Of a DNA stretch of 64,000 nucleotides, positions 51,060-61,289 are shown one piece after another. The notes beneath the pieces were generated by a model. The model was not told where the DNA came from. It did not search any database and saw only the letters and a program-made list of their open reading frames with translations. Where the stretch lies: the NCBI RefSeq assembly GCF_965200585.1, contig NZ_OZ241361.1; one strand, given 5' to 3'. A program made the position numbers and the translations under genes. The DNA is from Bacterioplanoides sp. GTDB lineage: Bacteria > Pseudomonadota > Gammaproteobacteria > Pseudomonadales > Oceanobacteraceae. Position 1 is the first letter of the stretch. The number at the start of each line of letters is the position of its first letter.

Positions 51060-52007
51060 ATGTCCTGGTTTTACATCAATAAACCGCTGCCAGCCCGCCG
51101 CCGCAGTACGGTTACGGTTATGAGTTTCCTGTTGCCGTTAGCCATCTGGTGTCTGGTCAGTTATGTTCCGGTGTTGTGGCATCCATTGGTGGAAGTCAGC
51201 GATAAAGGCTCCGTCTCTTATTTCCGTGAAGGCATGCGTGTTAAAGAGGATGTCTTTGCCAAAGAGCTGGCGAAAGCCGAAGCAGCTGGTACTGCATTAC
51301 CCGTTGGTGAGCCTGCCAACCCAGTGTATTTACCCGCACCTCATGAAGTCGCTACTGCGTTTTATACGGCCTTTACCACTGAGCCAAAACGCCGCAGCGA
51401 GAGTTGGCTGCATGAAAGTTTATGGAGCAGTTTGCAGGTTATTTTCTGGGGATTTATTCTGTCATCGATTATTGGTATCCCGCTGGGTATTCTCGCCGGT
51501 ACCTATGATTTTTTCTCCCGCTTGTTTGAACCCTTTATTGAATTCTTCCGTTATTTACCTGCTCCGGCATTTGGTGCGCTGGCCGTCGCGATTCTTGGGA
51601 TTTATCAAGCCCCAAAAATTGCCATTATTTTTATTGGTACATTTTTTCAACAGGTACTCGTGGTGGCCAATACCACCCGTAAACTGGACCCGGCATTATT
51701 AGAAGCCGGACAAACTTTAGGTGCCGGTAACCGTTCGATGTTATTCCGTATTGTGGTGCCAGGCATTTTGCCGGATTTATACCGCGATACCCGTATTTTA
51801 TTAGGCTGGGCCTGGACCTATTTAATTGTGGCCGAATTAATTGGCAGCAGCTCTGGTATTACCTGGTTTATTACCCAGCAAGCACGTTATAAAAATTTCG
51901 ACAATGTATTCGCCGCTATCATGATGATTGGCATTATGGGATTGGTTATTGACCTGATTCTGGCCTGGATCGGCCGACGTTTATTCCCATGGCAAAAGAA
52001 ACAATAA
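51060..52007 (+). CDS. ABC transporter permease
   Basis: Multi-TM protein with an EAA-like loop (LEAGQTLGAGNRSMLFRIVVP). Confidence 0.85.
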   Translation: MSWFYINKPLPARRRSTVTVMSFLLPLAIWCLVSYVPVLWHPLVEVSDKGSVSYFREGMRVKEDVFAKELAKAEAAGTALPVGEPANPVYLPAPHEVATAFYTAFTTEPKRRSESWLHESLWSSLQVIFWGFILSSIIGIPLGILAGTYDFFSRLFEPFIEFFRYLPAPAFGALAVAILGIYQAPKIAIIFIGTFFQQVLVVANTTRKLDPALLEAGQTLGAGNRSMLFRIVVPGILPDLYRDTRILLGWAWTYLIVAELIGSSSGITWFITQQARYKNFDNVFAAIMMIGIMGLVIDLILAWIGRRLFPWQKKQ

Positions 52008-52016
52008 GAGGTAGTT

Positions 52017-52931
52017 ATGTCTGACGTAAGCAATAACCAGGTACCTGACTACCAGCAACAAAGTGCTGCTGTTAAAGATCGTTTTGATCGCTTAAAGCAG
52101 CGTCCGGTAACGATGGAAGTGAAAGGCTTGAGTAAAACCTTTAACAGCCATCAGGGCGAAGTCACTGCATTAAAAAATATTGATCTGAAAATTCATAAAC
52201 GCGAATTTGTGTGTGTGATTGGCCCGTCTGGTTGTGGTAAATCGACATTAATCCGCATTTTAGCCGGGCTGGAGCAGGCCAGTAGCGGTCAGGTATTACT
52301 GGACGGTGAGGCCGTTTCACGCCCGGGGCCGGAACGTGGCATGGTCTTTCAGGGCTATACCTTATTCCCCTGGTTAACGGTTAAACGCAATGTGATGTTT
52401 GGCTTGCTGGAAGCCGGTATGGATAAAGATACGGCGGAGGCAGAAGCTCGTCAATGGATTGAGCTGATTGGTTTATCACGCTTTGAAAACAGTTATCCGC
52501 ATCAGTTATCCGGTGGTATGAAGCAGCGGGTTGCCATTGCCCGGGCGTTAGCCAATAAACCCAAAGTATTATTAATGGATGAACCTTTTGGGGCACTTGA
52601 TGCCCAGACCCGGGCCAAAATGCAGGCCTATTTGCTGGAAATCTGGAAGAACATTGATATCACCGTGTTTTTTATTACCCATGATCTCGATGAAGCCGTT
52701 TACCTGGCGGATCGTATTCTGGTGTTAAAAGCTAACCCTGGTGAAGTACAGGAACTGGTTGAAGTACCTGTGCCGCACCCTCGCTCGCCGGAACAATTTT
52801 TATCGCCGGAGTTTCTGGCCACTAAGCAGCATATTGAAAATCTGATTCATCCACCTTCCGAAGATGATGACGACCATTTAAATCTGGTACGTATGGTGCC
52901 CGTCGATGACGAAGTGGGCAGTGTTTTTTGA
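52017..52931 (+). CDS. ABC transporter ATP-binding protein
   Basis: Walker [10 protein letters not shown], signature LSGGMKQR, Walker [12 protein letters not shown]. Confidence 0.92.
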   Translation: MSDVSNNQVPDYQQQSAAVKDRFDRLKQRPVTMEVKGLSKTFNSHQGEVTALKNIDLKIHKREFVCVIGPSGCGKSTLIRILAGLEQASSGQVLLDGEAVSRPGPERGMVFQGYTLFPWLTVKRNVMFGLLEAGMDKDTAEAEARQWIELIGLSRFENSYPHQLSGGMKQRVAIARALANKPKVLLMDEPFGALDAQTRAKMQAYLLEIWKNIDITVFFITHDLDEAVYLADRILVLKANPGEVQELVEVPVPHPRSPEQFLSPEFLATKQHIENLIHPPSEDDDDHLNLVRMVPVDDEVGSVF

Positions 52932-52966
52932 TGACCAAGCGTATTGTTTAATGGAGGGCCAGGCAG

Positions 52967-53752
52967 ATGTATGAACTCGCTAATATGACCTGGGAAGAAG
53001 TGGCCAGCGCCGTCAGTCAGGGTATTACCACGGCTGTATTGCCCATTGGTGCCACCGAGCAACATGGCCCACATATGGGTTGTGGTATGGACAGTGCCAT
53101 TGCTCAAACCTTATGTCATACCGTTGCCAAAGATTGTGATGTGATTTTATTACCGACCTTGCCATACGGTTGTTCCCTCGGGCACTCGCATCGCTGGCCT
53201 GGCACGCTGGCTTTAAACCCGAAAACCCTGATTGATGTGATCAGTGATTTAGGTGATTGGGCTGTGGCCTCTGGAATTGATCGCCTGGTGCTGGTGAATG
53301 GTCATGTCACCAATGCCGCACCTTTGCGCTGTGCGTTGGAAATACTGCGCAGCCGTCACGATAATCTGATGATTGCTCTGGTGCATACGGCACAGATTTC
53401 TCAGCGGGTTAAAGAGGCACACCATCAGGATGCCGAAGACTGGCACGCCAATCATGCTGAAACCGCATTAATGATGGCATTACACCCGGAGCTGGTACGT
53501 AACGATAAACTGGCCGAAGCCGACGACCCTGATCGCACGGAAGGCTGTATTTTCAGCCACCCGGTCAACCGCACCAGTTTAAATGGTGTAACGGGTTATC
53601 CTTCTAAAGCCAGTGCAGCCGATGGTGAACAATTATTTGATTGGATGTGCGCCGACCTGCGTGAATTATTAATAAAAGCCAGCAATGAAAAACCACCGCT
53701 AGCGCACAGCTATTCTCACAGTGTTTTACAGCAGGGGGATATGGAACTCTGA
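52967..53752 (+). CDS. creatininase-family amidohydrolase
   Basis: GATEQHGPHM motif, 261 aa. Confidence 0.75.
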   Translation: MYELANMTWEEVASAVSQGITTAVLPIGATEQHGPHMGCGMDSAIAQTLCHTVAKDCDVILLPTLPYGCSLGHSHRWPGTLALNPKTLIDVISDLGDWAVASGIDRLVLVNGHVTNAAPLRCALEILRSRHDNLMIALVHTAQISQRVKEAHHQDAEDWHANHAETALMMALHPELVRNDKLAEADDPDRTEGCIFSHPVNRTSLNGVTGYPSKASAADGEQLFDWMCADLRELLIKASNEKPPLAHSYSHSVLQQGDMEL

Positions 53753-53954
53753 TGTAAAGCAGCAACCCCGGGGTTTTAAAAGCCCTGATAACCCTCCCGG
53801 CAAAAATATGTCATTAAACGGCTCTGTTATAAAAGACGGTTTTAACAAACTGTTATAAAAAGCGGGTCGTCAGACGATTAAGGCTAGCCGCCCTAACGGC
53901 TCAGTCGGGTCAATATCATTAACGGCTACTTTAAACAGCCAAGAGGTAAATAAT

Positions 53955-55325
53955 ATGATTGAGACCAAAAGCGATACAGAAATCAGCGCGATTCAGGATG
54001 ACCTGAAACATAAAGGGGTCAAATACTGTATGGGCACTTATGTGGATATTCATGGAGTGCCTAAAGGGAAAATTGTTCCGATTAACCACCTGCACCATAT
54101 GGCTCATGGTTCGGAGTTGTATACCGGTTATGCGCTGGATGGTTTAGGGCAGGCACCTAACGACGATGAAATCGCTTCTGTACCGGATTTAGACCACATT
54201 ATTCAGCTGCCCTGGCAGCCCGAAATTGCCTGGATGCCGGCCGACAATACCTTGTACGGTAAACCGTACGAACTGAATACCCGGGTGTTATTAAAGAAAA
54301 TTCTGCAGCAGGCAAATGCCATGGGATTTGGTATGAACCTGGGTATTGAAGCAGAAGTGTATTTATTAAAGAAAAATGAAGACGGCAGTTTAGATATTCC
54401 TGATCCAGACGATAAACTGAAAAAACCATGTTACGACACTCGTGCATTTCTGAGTAATTTCAGCTGGGTCGATAAAATGGTAACCAGCATGAACGATCTG
54501 GGCTGGGATGTGTATTCTTTCGACCATGAAGACGCCAATGGTCAGTTTGAATTTGATTTCCAGTATGCCGATGCGCTGACGACCTGTGATCGCTTCACCT
54601 TTTTAAAAATGATGGCAAAAGAATACGCGAAACAGGAAGATTTATTAGCGACCTTTATGCCGAAACCTTTTTCTAACCGTACTGGTAATGGCGCGCACTT
54701 TAATATGTCGTTATACGATCTGGAAAGTGGTGGAAATCTATTCCAGTGCAAGCCGGAAGATGATCCCCATGGTTTAGGGTTAACCAGATTGGGGTATCAG
54801 TTTATCGCCGGTATTCTGAAACATGGCCCGGCATTGTGTGCAGTATTTGCACCAACGGTTAATTCTTATAAGCGTTTGGTGCGTCAGGGGGATATGCCAT
54901 ATTTCACCTGGGCACCGGTGTTTAACTCCTTTGGTTCTAATAACCGCACAAATTCCGTTCGTGTCCCCATGGGCGGTGGGCGTTGTGAATCACGTAATGC
55001 CGATGGTGCTGTTAACCCTTATCTGGCTGCGGCATTAGTGCTGGCAGCCGGACTGGAAGGCATTAAAGAAAATTTGGACCCGGGCACACCACAGGAAAGC
55101 AATTTATACGAATTAACCGAAGCCCAGCGCGAGGAATTGGGAATCGGCTTTTTACCCCGTACCTTAGCCGAAGCCGTTGATGCTTTTGCTGCTGATCCAT
55201 TTGTGGAAGAAGTATTGGGCAGTGAATTGCGTAACGAGTTTATTCGTTATAAACAGGCAGAGTGGAATGAATATCACACCGCGGTGAGTGCCTGGGAAAC
55301 GGAGCGTTACAGCCACTTGTTCTGA
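53955..55325 (+). CDS. glutamine synthetase-family (type III-like / gamma-glutamyl ligase) protein
   Basis: GS catalytic-domain pattern ([25 protein letters not shown]...ESR), 456 aa. Confidence 0.8.
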   Translation: MIETKSDTEISAIQDDLKHKGVKYCMGTYVDIHGVPKGKIVPINHLHHMAHGSELYTGYALDGLGQAPNDDEIASVPDLDHIIQLPWQPEIAWMPADNTLYGKPYELNTRVLLKKILQQANAMGFGMNLGIEAEVYLLKKNEDGSLDIPDPDDKLKKPCYDTRAFLSNFSWVDKMVTSMNDLGWDVYSFDHEDANGQFEFDFQYADALTTCDRFTFLKMMAKEYAKQEDLLATFMPKPFSNRTGNGAHFNMSLYDLESGGNLFQCKPEDDPHGLGLTRLGYQFIAGILKHGPALCAVFAPTVNSYKRLVRQGDMPYFTWAPVFNSFGSNNRTNSVRVPMGGGRCESRNADGAVNPYLAAALVLAAGLEGIKENLDPGTPQESNLYELTEAQREELGIGFLPRTLAEAVDAFAADPFVEEVLGSELRNEFIRYKQAEWNEYHTAVSAWETERYSHLF

Positions 55326-55343
55326 TCGGCTGCCGGAGTGACT

Positions 55344-55784
55344 ATGAGTAAAGAAAAAATCAGTCGTATCAGTATTTCAATGCCCGAGTCCTTGCTGGAA
55401 GGTCTGGATCAGATGGTGAATGAGCGCGGTTTTGAAAGTCGCTCTCAGGCCATTGGCGACATGATTAATAATCAGATTAATGAACACCGTGCCAAACAGG
55501 GCAGTGAGGTCATGACGGGCACGGTGAATCTGGTTTACAACCATTCCACTCCAGGGTTAACCAAACGGCTGCACGATCTACAGTATCAGTATCTCGACGA
55601 GGTGATCAGTAACCTTAACGTTAACCTGACCAATACCAGTACTTTGTCGGTTATTTTAATTCAGGGGCCGGCGGATAAACTGAATATGATTGCCGATCAG
55701 ATGATCACTCTGCGGGGTGTTGTGTATGGTCGGTTATTATTAAATTCTTATATTATTCCGCCCATTCATCCATTCCCCGGTTAA
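55344..55784 (+). CDS. NikR-like ribbon-helix-helix regulator lacking the Ni-binding residues
   Basis: RHH N-terminus (ISRISISMPESLLEGLDQMV...RSQAIGDMI) and a NikR_C-like ACT domain. GGAG SD sequence before the ATG at 55344. Confidence 0.65.
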   Translation: MSKEKISRISISMPESLLEGLDQMVNERGFESRSQAIGDMINNQINEHRAKQGSEVMTGTVNLVYNHSTPGLTKRLHDLQYQYLDEVISNLNVNLTNTSTLSVILIQGPADKLNMIADQMITLRGVVYGRLLLNSYIIPPIHPFPG

Positions 55785-55829
55785 CTGTGTAATCGTTTAA
55801 CTGTTTAAAGGGTGTTAATTAGCCCTAAT

Positions 55830-55870
55830 AAAAAATGCCGCATGTCGTTGACGACATACGGCATTTTTTA
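55830..55870. terminator. bidirectional terminator between the NikR-like and DUF349 genes
   Basis: aaaaaatgccgcatgtcgt-tg-acgacatacggcatttttt. Confidence 0.7.
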
Positions 55871-55891
55871 TTTTTACCTGAAACCGGTTTA

Positions 55892-58648
55892 TTAGAGGCT
55901 GGCTTTTAATGCTTCAATAAAGCGCGTATTTAATGCGGCATCTGCGGTATTAACCACCTCTAACCATTGCTCAACCAGTTGTTGGCGTTCGGCATCTTTA
56001 CCAAGGCCCTGGCCTAATCCCTGAGCCAGTTTCTGCACCTGCAATTCCATACGGCGGCCTTTATCAGCTTCTGGTGACTCAATATCTGCCAGCACTTCCA
56101 GCGAAATCACAATAGCCTGGGCGTCGTTGTTGTTTGTGTTGTCAGGTTGAGTCAGTTCACCTTTCAAGGCCTGTTCAAACAGGGTAGCGTTATAGCCAGC
56201 CGGTAACTCGGCGGCGGCTGCAAAGGCATCGTTATCCTGTGTCGCAATCGCCTGTAAACGATCAATCAGGCCGTTCCAGCGAGCACGCTCTTTTGCTTGT
56301 TTTATGGTTTGTTGCTGGCTTTGCAGCGCGTTGTCGATGCCTTGTAATTGTTTAACCAAGCGCTGGTGAGCGCTGCGCGGTAATTCAATCGCAGAGAATT
56401 GCTGGCGCAGTTCTGCCAGCTGGTTTTGCGCCTCGTTAACTGCGGCGGCATCGGTGTATGTGTTGTCAGCTAGCGCCTGAGCTTGTGCAACCAGACTTTC
56501 TGCCTGAGTGACGGCATCGTTAATCTGAGCTTTGCGTTGCGCTTTTTCACTGTCTAAGCGGGAGAAGACGCCGTCACAGGCCGTGCGGAATTGTTTCCAC
56601 AATTTCTGATCCGGGTTGCGTGGCGTTACACCAATGTTTTTCCATTCCTGTTGCAGTGATTTCACACGATCAATGGCCGCCGACAGGTCTTCCTGCTCAA
56701 CCAGCGCTTCGGCTTGTGTCACCAACTCGGCCTTGGCCGCGAGGTTACGGTCGTATTCTTGTTTTAAATGGGCATAAATGGCGTCGCAGGCATCCTGGAA
56801 GGCTTTTTGAGTGTCTTTATGCGCAGCACGATCAACCGGTGAGTAACTGCGGAAGGCTTCGCGCGCAGCATCCAGTGTTTTTTGTACGACTTTCCAGTCG
56901 GCGCTTTGCCAATCCAGTTGCTGTTCGTAGCTGATTAATTCAGCGGTTAATGCCTGACGAGCGGCCACAAATTGCTGGCGTTTTTCTGCCAGTTGGGCGA
57001 AATATTCACGGCATGGCTCAAATGCTTTATCACCCGCCGCCTGAAAGCGCTGCCACAGATCGCGGTCTGGCTGAGCACTGCCCAGTGTTTTCCACTCTTC
57101 CTGTAATTCATGAATTTTATCGGCCAGTACATCGGCACTGATGTCGGCATCAACTAGCGCTTCCATCGCGGTACACAGGGCTTCTTTTTTCGGAGTAATG
57201 GCATACCCCTGCCAGTCGCGCATTTCGTTCAGCTGCGCATTTAAGCTTTTTGCTTTGCGTTGCTGATCCTGGCTGACTTTGTTATCGACCTGACGCAGAT
57301 TTTGTTGCACCTGCTGATTCAGTTTGCTGGCGTCTTTGGCATGGCCTTCAGCCAAAGCCTGTTCCAGTTTAGCCAGCTGTTCATCAATGGTTTGCAGACG
57401 GCTTTTTTGTTGTTTTGCCATCTCATCCAATGCGGCATTAGCCTGATCCAGTTTTTCCTGAATCTGACTGACCCAGCCTGGCTGTTGTACATTGTCTTGA
57501 GCCTTCAGCGGCCAGTGCAATTGTTTTTGCCACTGTTGTGCTTGTTTTTGGGTGTTGGTCAGGCCACGTAAATCCGTTGCCAATGGCTTCGCCAGCCATT
57601 CATTCAGCTCGTCTTGTTTTTCTGCAAAGTGGCTGAGTGCAGTTTGAATGGCGAATAACTGCTGTAATTGATTTTCAAACTGACGGTTTTCTTCCGCGCT
57701 GGCTTTGTGGGCCTGATTGGCATCACGCCAGTTGGCTTCCAGCGTTTCAATTTGCTGATGCAACTGCTGAATACCTTCGGCATCTGGGCGCGTAGCCAGG
57801 GTATCGGCTAACAGGGTTTCCAGTGTTTGCAGTAACCCGGCCTGTTGCGATTGCGCTTGTTGTGCTGCTTGTTGCTGCTGCGCCTGACGGGCTTCTTCTT
57901 CAGCGTGTTGCGTTAAGGTGGCTTGTGCCTGATCTAGCTGCTGTTGCATGGCTGTTTGCAGCTCGCTGGATGCCTGCTCACTCAGCGTTTGCCACTCTTT
58001 GCTGATCACCTGATAGCGGCCATTAAACTCCGGGTTATAACCCAGGCGGTTTAACTGCTCGGCATTGGCCAGCAGAGTCTGAATACGGGTTTGCAGTGCT
58101 TGTTGCGCATCACGCTCGGCTTTGCTGGCATTCAGGCGGTCTTTACACAACCGATATACCGCTTTGTCTTTGCCCTGAGCATAAGCCATCAGTTGTTGCA
58201 GTTTATCGCTGTCGTTGATGCCTTCGGCGGCTGCCAGTCGCACCTTGGCAACCGGGTTGTTCATCGCCAGCTGCAGGCGCTCGTTCTGATCGGTGATGCG
58301 TGATACCGCTTCCAGACGTTGCTGCTGATCGTTGGTTAACGAGGCAATACGGATCAGCGTCTGGTTATCGTGGATGGCGGATAATGACTGCTGGCCGTTC
58401 AACAAACGCTCCAGCCAGGTTTGGCGAGCCGTGTCACGTACATCCTGATGGTTATGCGACAGCAGCTTCTCCAGCTCCTGTTCAGACTGCACCTGAGCGA
58501 CCGCCAGCTGGCGCAGTTCAGCAACGGATTCGGCCTGAATAAAGGTGATACGTTGTTCGTCGGTTTTCAGATCGGTGATGGCCTGACGGCGTACATCCGG
58601 GTTCGCGTGTTGCCACTTGGGCTTAAAAAACTTGCTCAGTAAAGCCAT
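55892..58648 (-). CDS. DUF349 repeat protein
   Basis: Repeated about 70-aa helical units with W..L/W..F motifs (EEWKTLG...LWQRFQAA, QEWKNIG...LWKQFRTA). ATG at 58648 is preferred. Confidence 0.75.
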   Translation of the reverse strand: MALLSKFFKPKWQHANPDVRRQAITDLKTDEQRITFIQAESVAELRQLAVAQVQSEQELEKLLSHNHQDVRDTARQTWLERLLNGQQSLSAIHDNQTLIRIASLTNDQQQRLEAVSRITDQNERLQLAMNNPVAKVRLAAAEGINDSDKLQQLMAYAQGKDKAVYRLCKDRLNASKAERDAQQALQTRIQTLLANAEQLNRLGYNPEFNGRYQVISKEWQTLSEQASSELQTAMQQQLDQAQATLTQHAEEEARQAQQQQAAQQAQSQQAGLLQTLETLLADTLATRPDAEGIQQLHQQIETLEANWRDANQAHKASAEENRQFENQLQQLFAIQTALSHFAEKQDELNEWLAKPLATDLRGLTNTQKQAQQWQKQLHWPLKAQDNVQQPGWVSQIQEKLDQANAALDEMAKQQKSRLQTIDEQLAKLEQALAEGHAKDASKLNQQVQQNLRQVDNKVSQDQQRKAKSLNAQLNEMRDWQGYAITPKKEALCTAMEALVDADISADVLADKIHELQEEWKTLGSAQPDRDLWQRFQAAGDKAFEPCREYFAQLAEKRQQFVAARQALTAELISYEQQLDWQSADWKVVQKTLDAAREAFRSYSPVDRAAHKDTQKAFQDACDAIYAHLKQEYDRNLAAKAELVTQAEALVEQEDLSAAIDRVKSLQQEWKNIGVTPRNPDQKLWKQFRTACDGVFSRLDSEKAQRKAQINDAVTQAESLVAQAQALADNTYTDAAAVNEAQNQLAELRQQFSAIELPRSAHQRLVKQLQGIDNALQSQQQTIKQAKERARWNGLIDRLQAIATQDNDAFAAAAELPAGYNATLFEQALKGELTQPDNTNNNDAQAIVISLEVLADIESPEADKGRRMELQVQKLAQGLGQGLGKDAERQQLVEQWLEVVNTADAALNTRFIEALKASL

Positions 58649-58831
58649 CAAACAGATTCCGTTACAGGTGTCACAAAAATGCGCCACATTTTACAGAGGC
58701 GTGACGAAAGGGAAAGGGGCAGATCATCGGCAAGGAAGTGGCAGAGCAGGCATACACACATCGCCAATGAAATATGCTAGAGTCGCTGCTCTATTTGCTC
58801 ACCCATTAAAAATAATAAGACTGAGGCTTAT

Positions 58832-59782
58832 ATGAAAACCATCCGATTTGTGATGCTGCTGAGCAGTGCCATGCTGGCCATAACGTTGCTGAGCGGTTGC
58901 GCGTCGATGGGCGTTGGCTCGCGTCCACTGTCTGAACTGACCCAAAACTACGCCAATAATGAATCGCAGTTTTTAGCGGTTGATGATCTGGTGATTCACT
59001 ACCGCGACGAAGGCTTAAAGAATGGCCCGGTGCTGGTGTTACTGCACGGTGTGGCGTCGTCACTGCATACCTGGGATGGCTGGGTCGAGCAGCTGGGCGA
59101 TCGCTATCGTATTATCCGTATCGACTTGCCTGCCCATGGTCTGACGGGCCCCGACCCGGAGCTGGATCGTTATGAAATCAATTATATGGTCGATAAGTTG
59201 GATAAGTTCCTGAACCGGCTGAACATTGATGAAATGTATCTGGCGGGCAATTCGCTGGGAGGCTATATCTCCTGGAATTATGCGTTGCACCGGCCAGACC
59301 GGGTGAAAAAGCTGGTTCTGATCGACTCCGCCGGTTACCCACAAGACATGCCTTTTATCATGAGTTTTACCGCCACGCCGGTGATTGGTGAAATCAGCAC
59401 ATTAGTATTCCCACGCTTTATGCTGGCTAGCAATCTTGAAGAAGCCTACGGCGATGATGACAAAGTCAGCGACGAACTGGTGAAGCGTTATCACGACTTA
59501 ACACTGCGCCCGGGGAATCGTGAAGGCCTGGTGGCGGTGTTCCGTACCATGGCTGAGCAGAGTGAGAATCCGAACCTGGCTGACCGGGTAAAAGAACTGC
59601 AACCGCCGGTTTTATTGATGTGGGGCGAAGAAGATCTGTGGGTACCTCTTGAGATTATGGAGAAATTCCGTGAAGATCTGCCATCCGCTCAGGTAGTTAC
59701 TTATGAAGGTGTTGGTCATATGCCAATGGAAGAGCTGCCGGTGCAAAGTGCCCGGGATGCTTCTGGCTTCCTGCTGCAATAA
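58832..59782 (+). CDS. alpha/beta-hydrolase lipoprotein
   Basis: Lipobox LSGC, oxyanion motif HGV, nucleophile elbow GNSLGG. Confidence 0.75.
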   Translation: MKTIRFVMLLSSAMLAITLLSGCASMGVGSRPLSELTQNYANNESQFLAVDDLVIHYRDEGLKNGPVLVLLHGVASSLHTWDGWVEQLGDRYRIIRIDLPAHGLTGPDPELDRYEINYMVDKLDKFLNRLNIDEMYLAGNSLGGYISWNYALHRPDRVKKLVLIDSAGYPQDMPFIMSFTATPVIGEISTLVFPRFMLASNLEEAYGDDDKVSDELVKRYHDLTLRPGNREGLVAVFRTMAEQSENPNLADRVKELQPPVLLMWGEEDLWVPLEIMEKFREDLPSAQVVTYEGVGHMPMEELPVQSARDASGFLLQ

Positions 59783-59846
59783 ATGATCAAACAACAGGTG
59801 CATCCCATCATGCGGTGTACCTGTTAAACCTCAGAGGAAAAACCCG

Positions 59847-61289
59847 GTGAGCAGTATCGTCTGGTACGACTATGAAACATTTGGTGCCAGCCCCGCCTGG
59901 GACCGTCCGGCACAATTTGCCGCCATTCGCACCGATGAAAATCTGAACGAAATAGAAGCGCCGATTGAGCTGTTCTGCAAGCCCTCTGATGACTACCTGC
60001 CGCATCCTCAGGCGGTATTAATTACCGGCATCACCCCACAAGACTGCCAGCAAAAAGGCATTCCGGAAACCGACTTTATTCGCCAGATTAACGAGGTGTT
60101 CAGTGTGCCTGGCACTTGCAGTGCCGGTTATAACAGCATCCGTTTCGACGATGAAGTCACACGTTATAGCCTGTACCGTAACTTTTATGACCCTTATGCC
60201 CGTGAATGGCAGGGTGGTAACAGCCGCTGGGATTTACTCGATGTGGTGCGTTGTGCTTATGCTTTGCGCCCGGATGGTATCGAGTGGCCCAAACACGAAG
60301 ATGGTCGTACCAGTTTTAAACTGGAACATTTAACCGCGGCCAATGGCCTTGATCATGGCAGTGCTCACGATGCGGTATCGGATGTGCGTGCCACCATTGC
60401 ACTGGCACGACTGGTCAAAGAAAAACAACCTAAGTTATTCGATTATTTATTTCATCAACGCAGCAAACAACGTATTGCTGAACTGATTGATGTACAAAAC
60501 CATAAACCTCTGATGCATGTGTCGGGCATGTTTCCGGTAGAGCAGGGGTGTATGGCGGTGGTGGTGCCTTTGTGCTGGCACCCAAGCAATAAAAACAGCG
60601 TGATTGTGTACGATTTACATCAGGACCCAACGCCACTGTTTGAGTTAACCCCGGAGCAGATTCAGCAACGGGTATTTGTGAAAAATGATGAACTCCCCGA
60701 AGGTGTTACCCGCTTACCACTAAAAGAAATTCATATTAATAAATCCCCGGTACTGGCTCCGGCAAAAACCTTAACGCCGGATCAGGCTGAACGCTGGAAT
60801 TTATCCGGTGATACATTACGCCAGCACCTGGGGCTGATTAAAAATGGCGCAGATTTAACCGCAAAATTGCATCAGGTATTTTCCGGTAAGGAATTTGCGG
60901 CTGCTAAAGATGTGGATGCACGTTTATACGATGGCTTTTTCTCGGCTCAGGATAAGAGCGCGATGAACGATCTGCACCGGTTATCCGATTGGGATTTAGC
61001 CGACTGGCCAGCCCCTTTTGCGGATGCCCGTGGTGAAGAAATGTTGTTCCGTTATCGTGCCCGAAATTACCCGGATACGCTGAATGAAGATGAACGCGAA
61101 CGCTGGGAGCAACACCGCCAGGCACGCTTATTACAAGGTATTCCCGATTCACCATTATTAAATTACGAACAGTTCGCGCGTGAATTACAACAAGCAGCAC
61201 AACAGGTGATGGATGATCCGGTTAAATTGCAGTGGGTTCAGGATCTGCAGCTGTATGCCGAGTCGATTTACCCGTATAGCGATTATTGA
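59847..61289 (+). CDS. sbcB: exodeoxyribonuclease I
   Basis: YDYETFGASPAWDRPAQFAAIRTD and the DnaQ-like exonuclease motif HDAVSD. GTG start. Confidence 0.92.
   Translation: MSSIVWYDYETFGASPAWDRPAQFAAIRTDENLNEIEAPIELFCKPSDDYLPHPQAVLITGITPQDCQQKGIPETDFIRQINEVFSVPGTCSAGYNSIRFDDEVTRYSLYRNFYDPYAREWQGGNSRWDLLDVVRCAYALRPDGIEWPKHEDGRTSFKLEHLTAANGLDHGSAHDAVSDVRATIALARLVKEKQPKLFDYLFHQRSKQRIAELIDVQNHKPLMHVSGMFPVEQGCMAVVVPLCWHPSNKNSVIVYDLHQDPTPLFELTPEQIQQRVFVKNDELPEGVTRLPLKEIHINKSPVLAPAKTLTPDQAERWNLSGDTLRQHLGLIKNGADLTAKLHQVFSGKEFAAAKDVDARLYDGFFSAQDKSAMNDLHRLSDWDLADWPAPFADARGEEMLFRYRARNYPDTLNEDERERWEQHRQARLLQGIPDSPLLNYEQFARELQQAAQQVMDDPVKLQWVQDLQLYAESIYPYSDY

Noticed and set aside
55892-58648. The 918-aa Q/A/L-rich repeat protein as a novel coiled-coil system component.
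   Set aside because: The repeat unit with W..L/W..F signatures matches the widespread DUF349 family. It occurs as an isolated gene between terminators.
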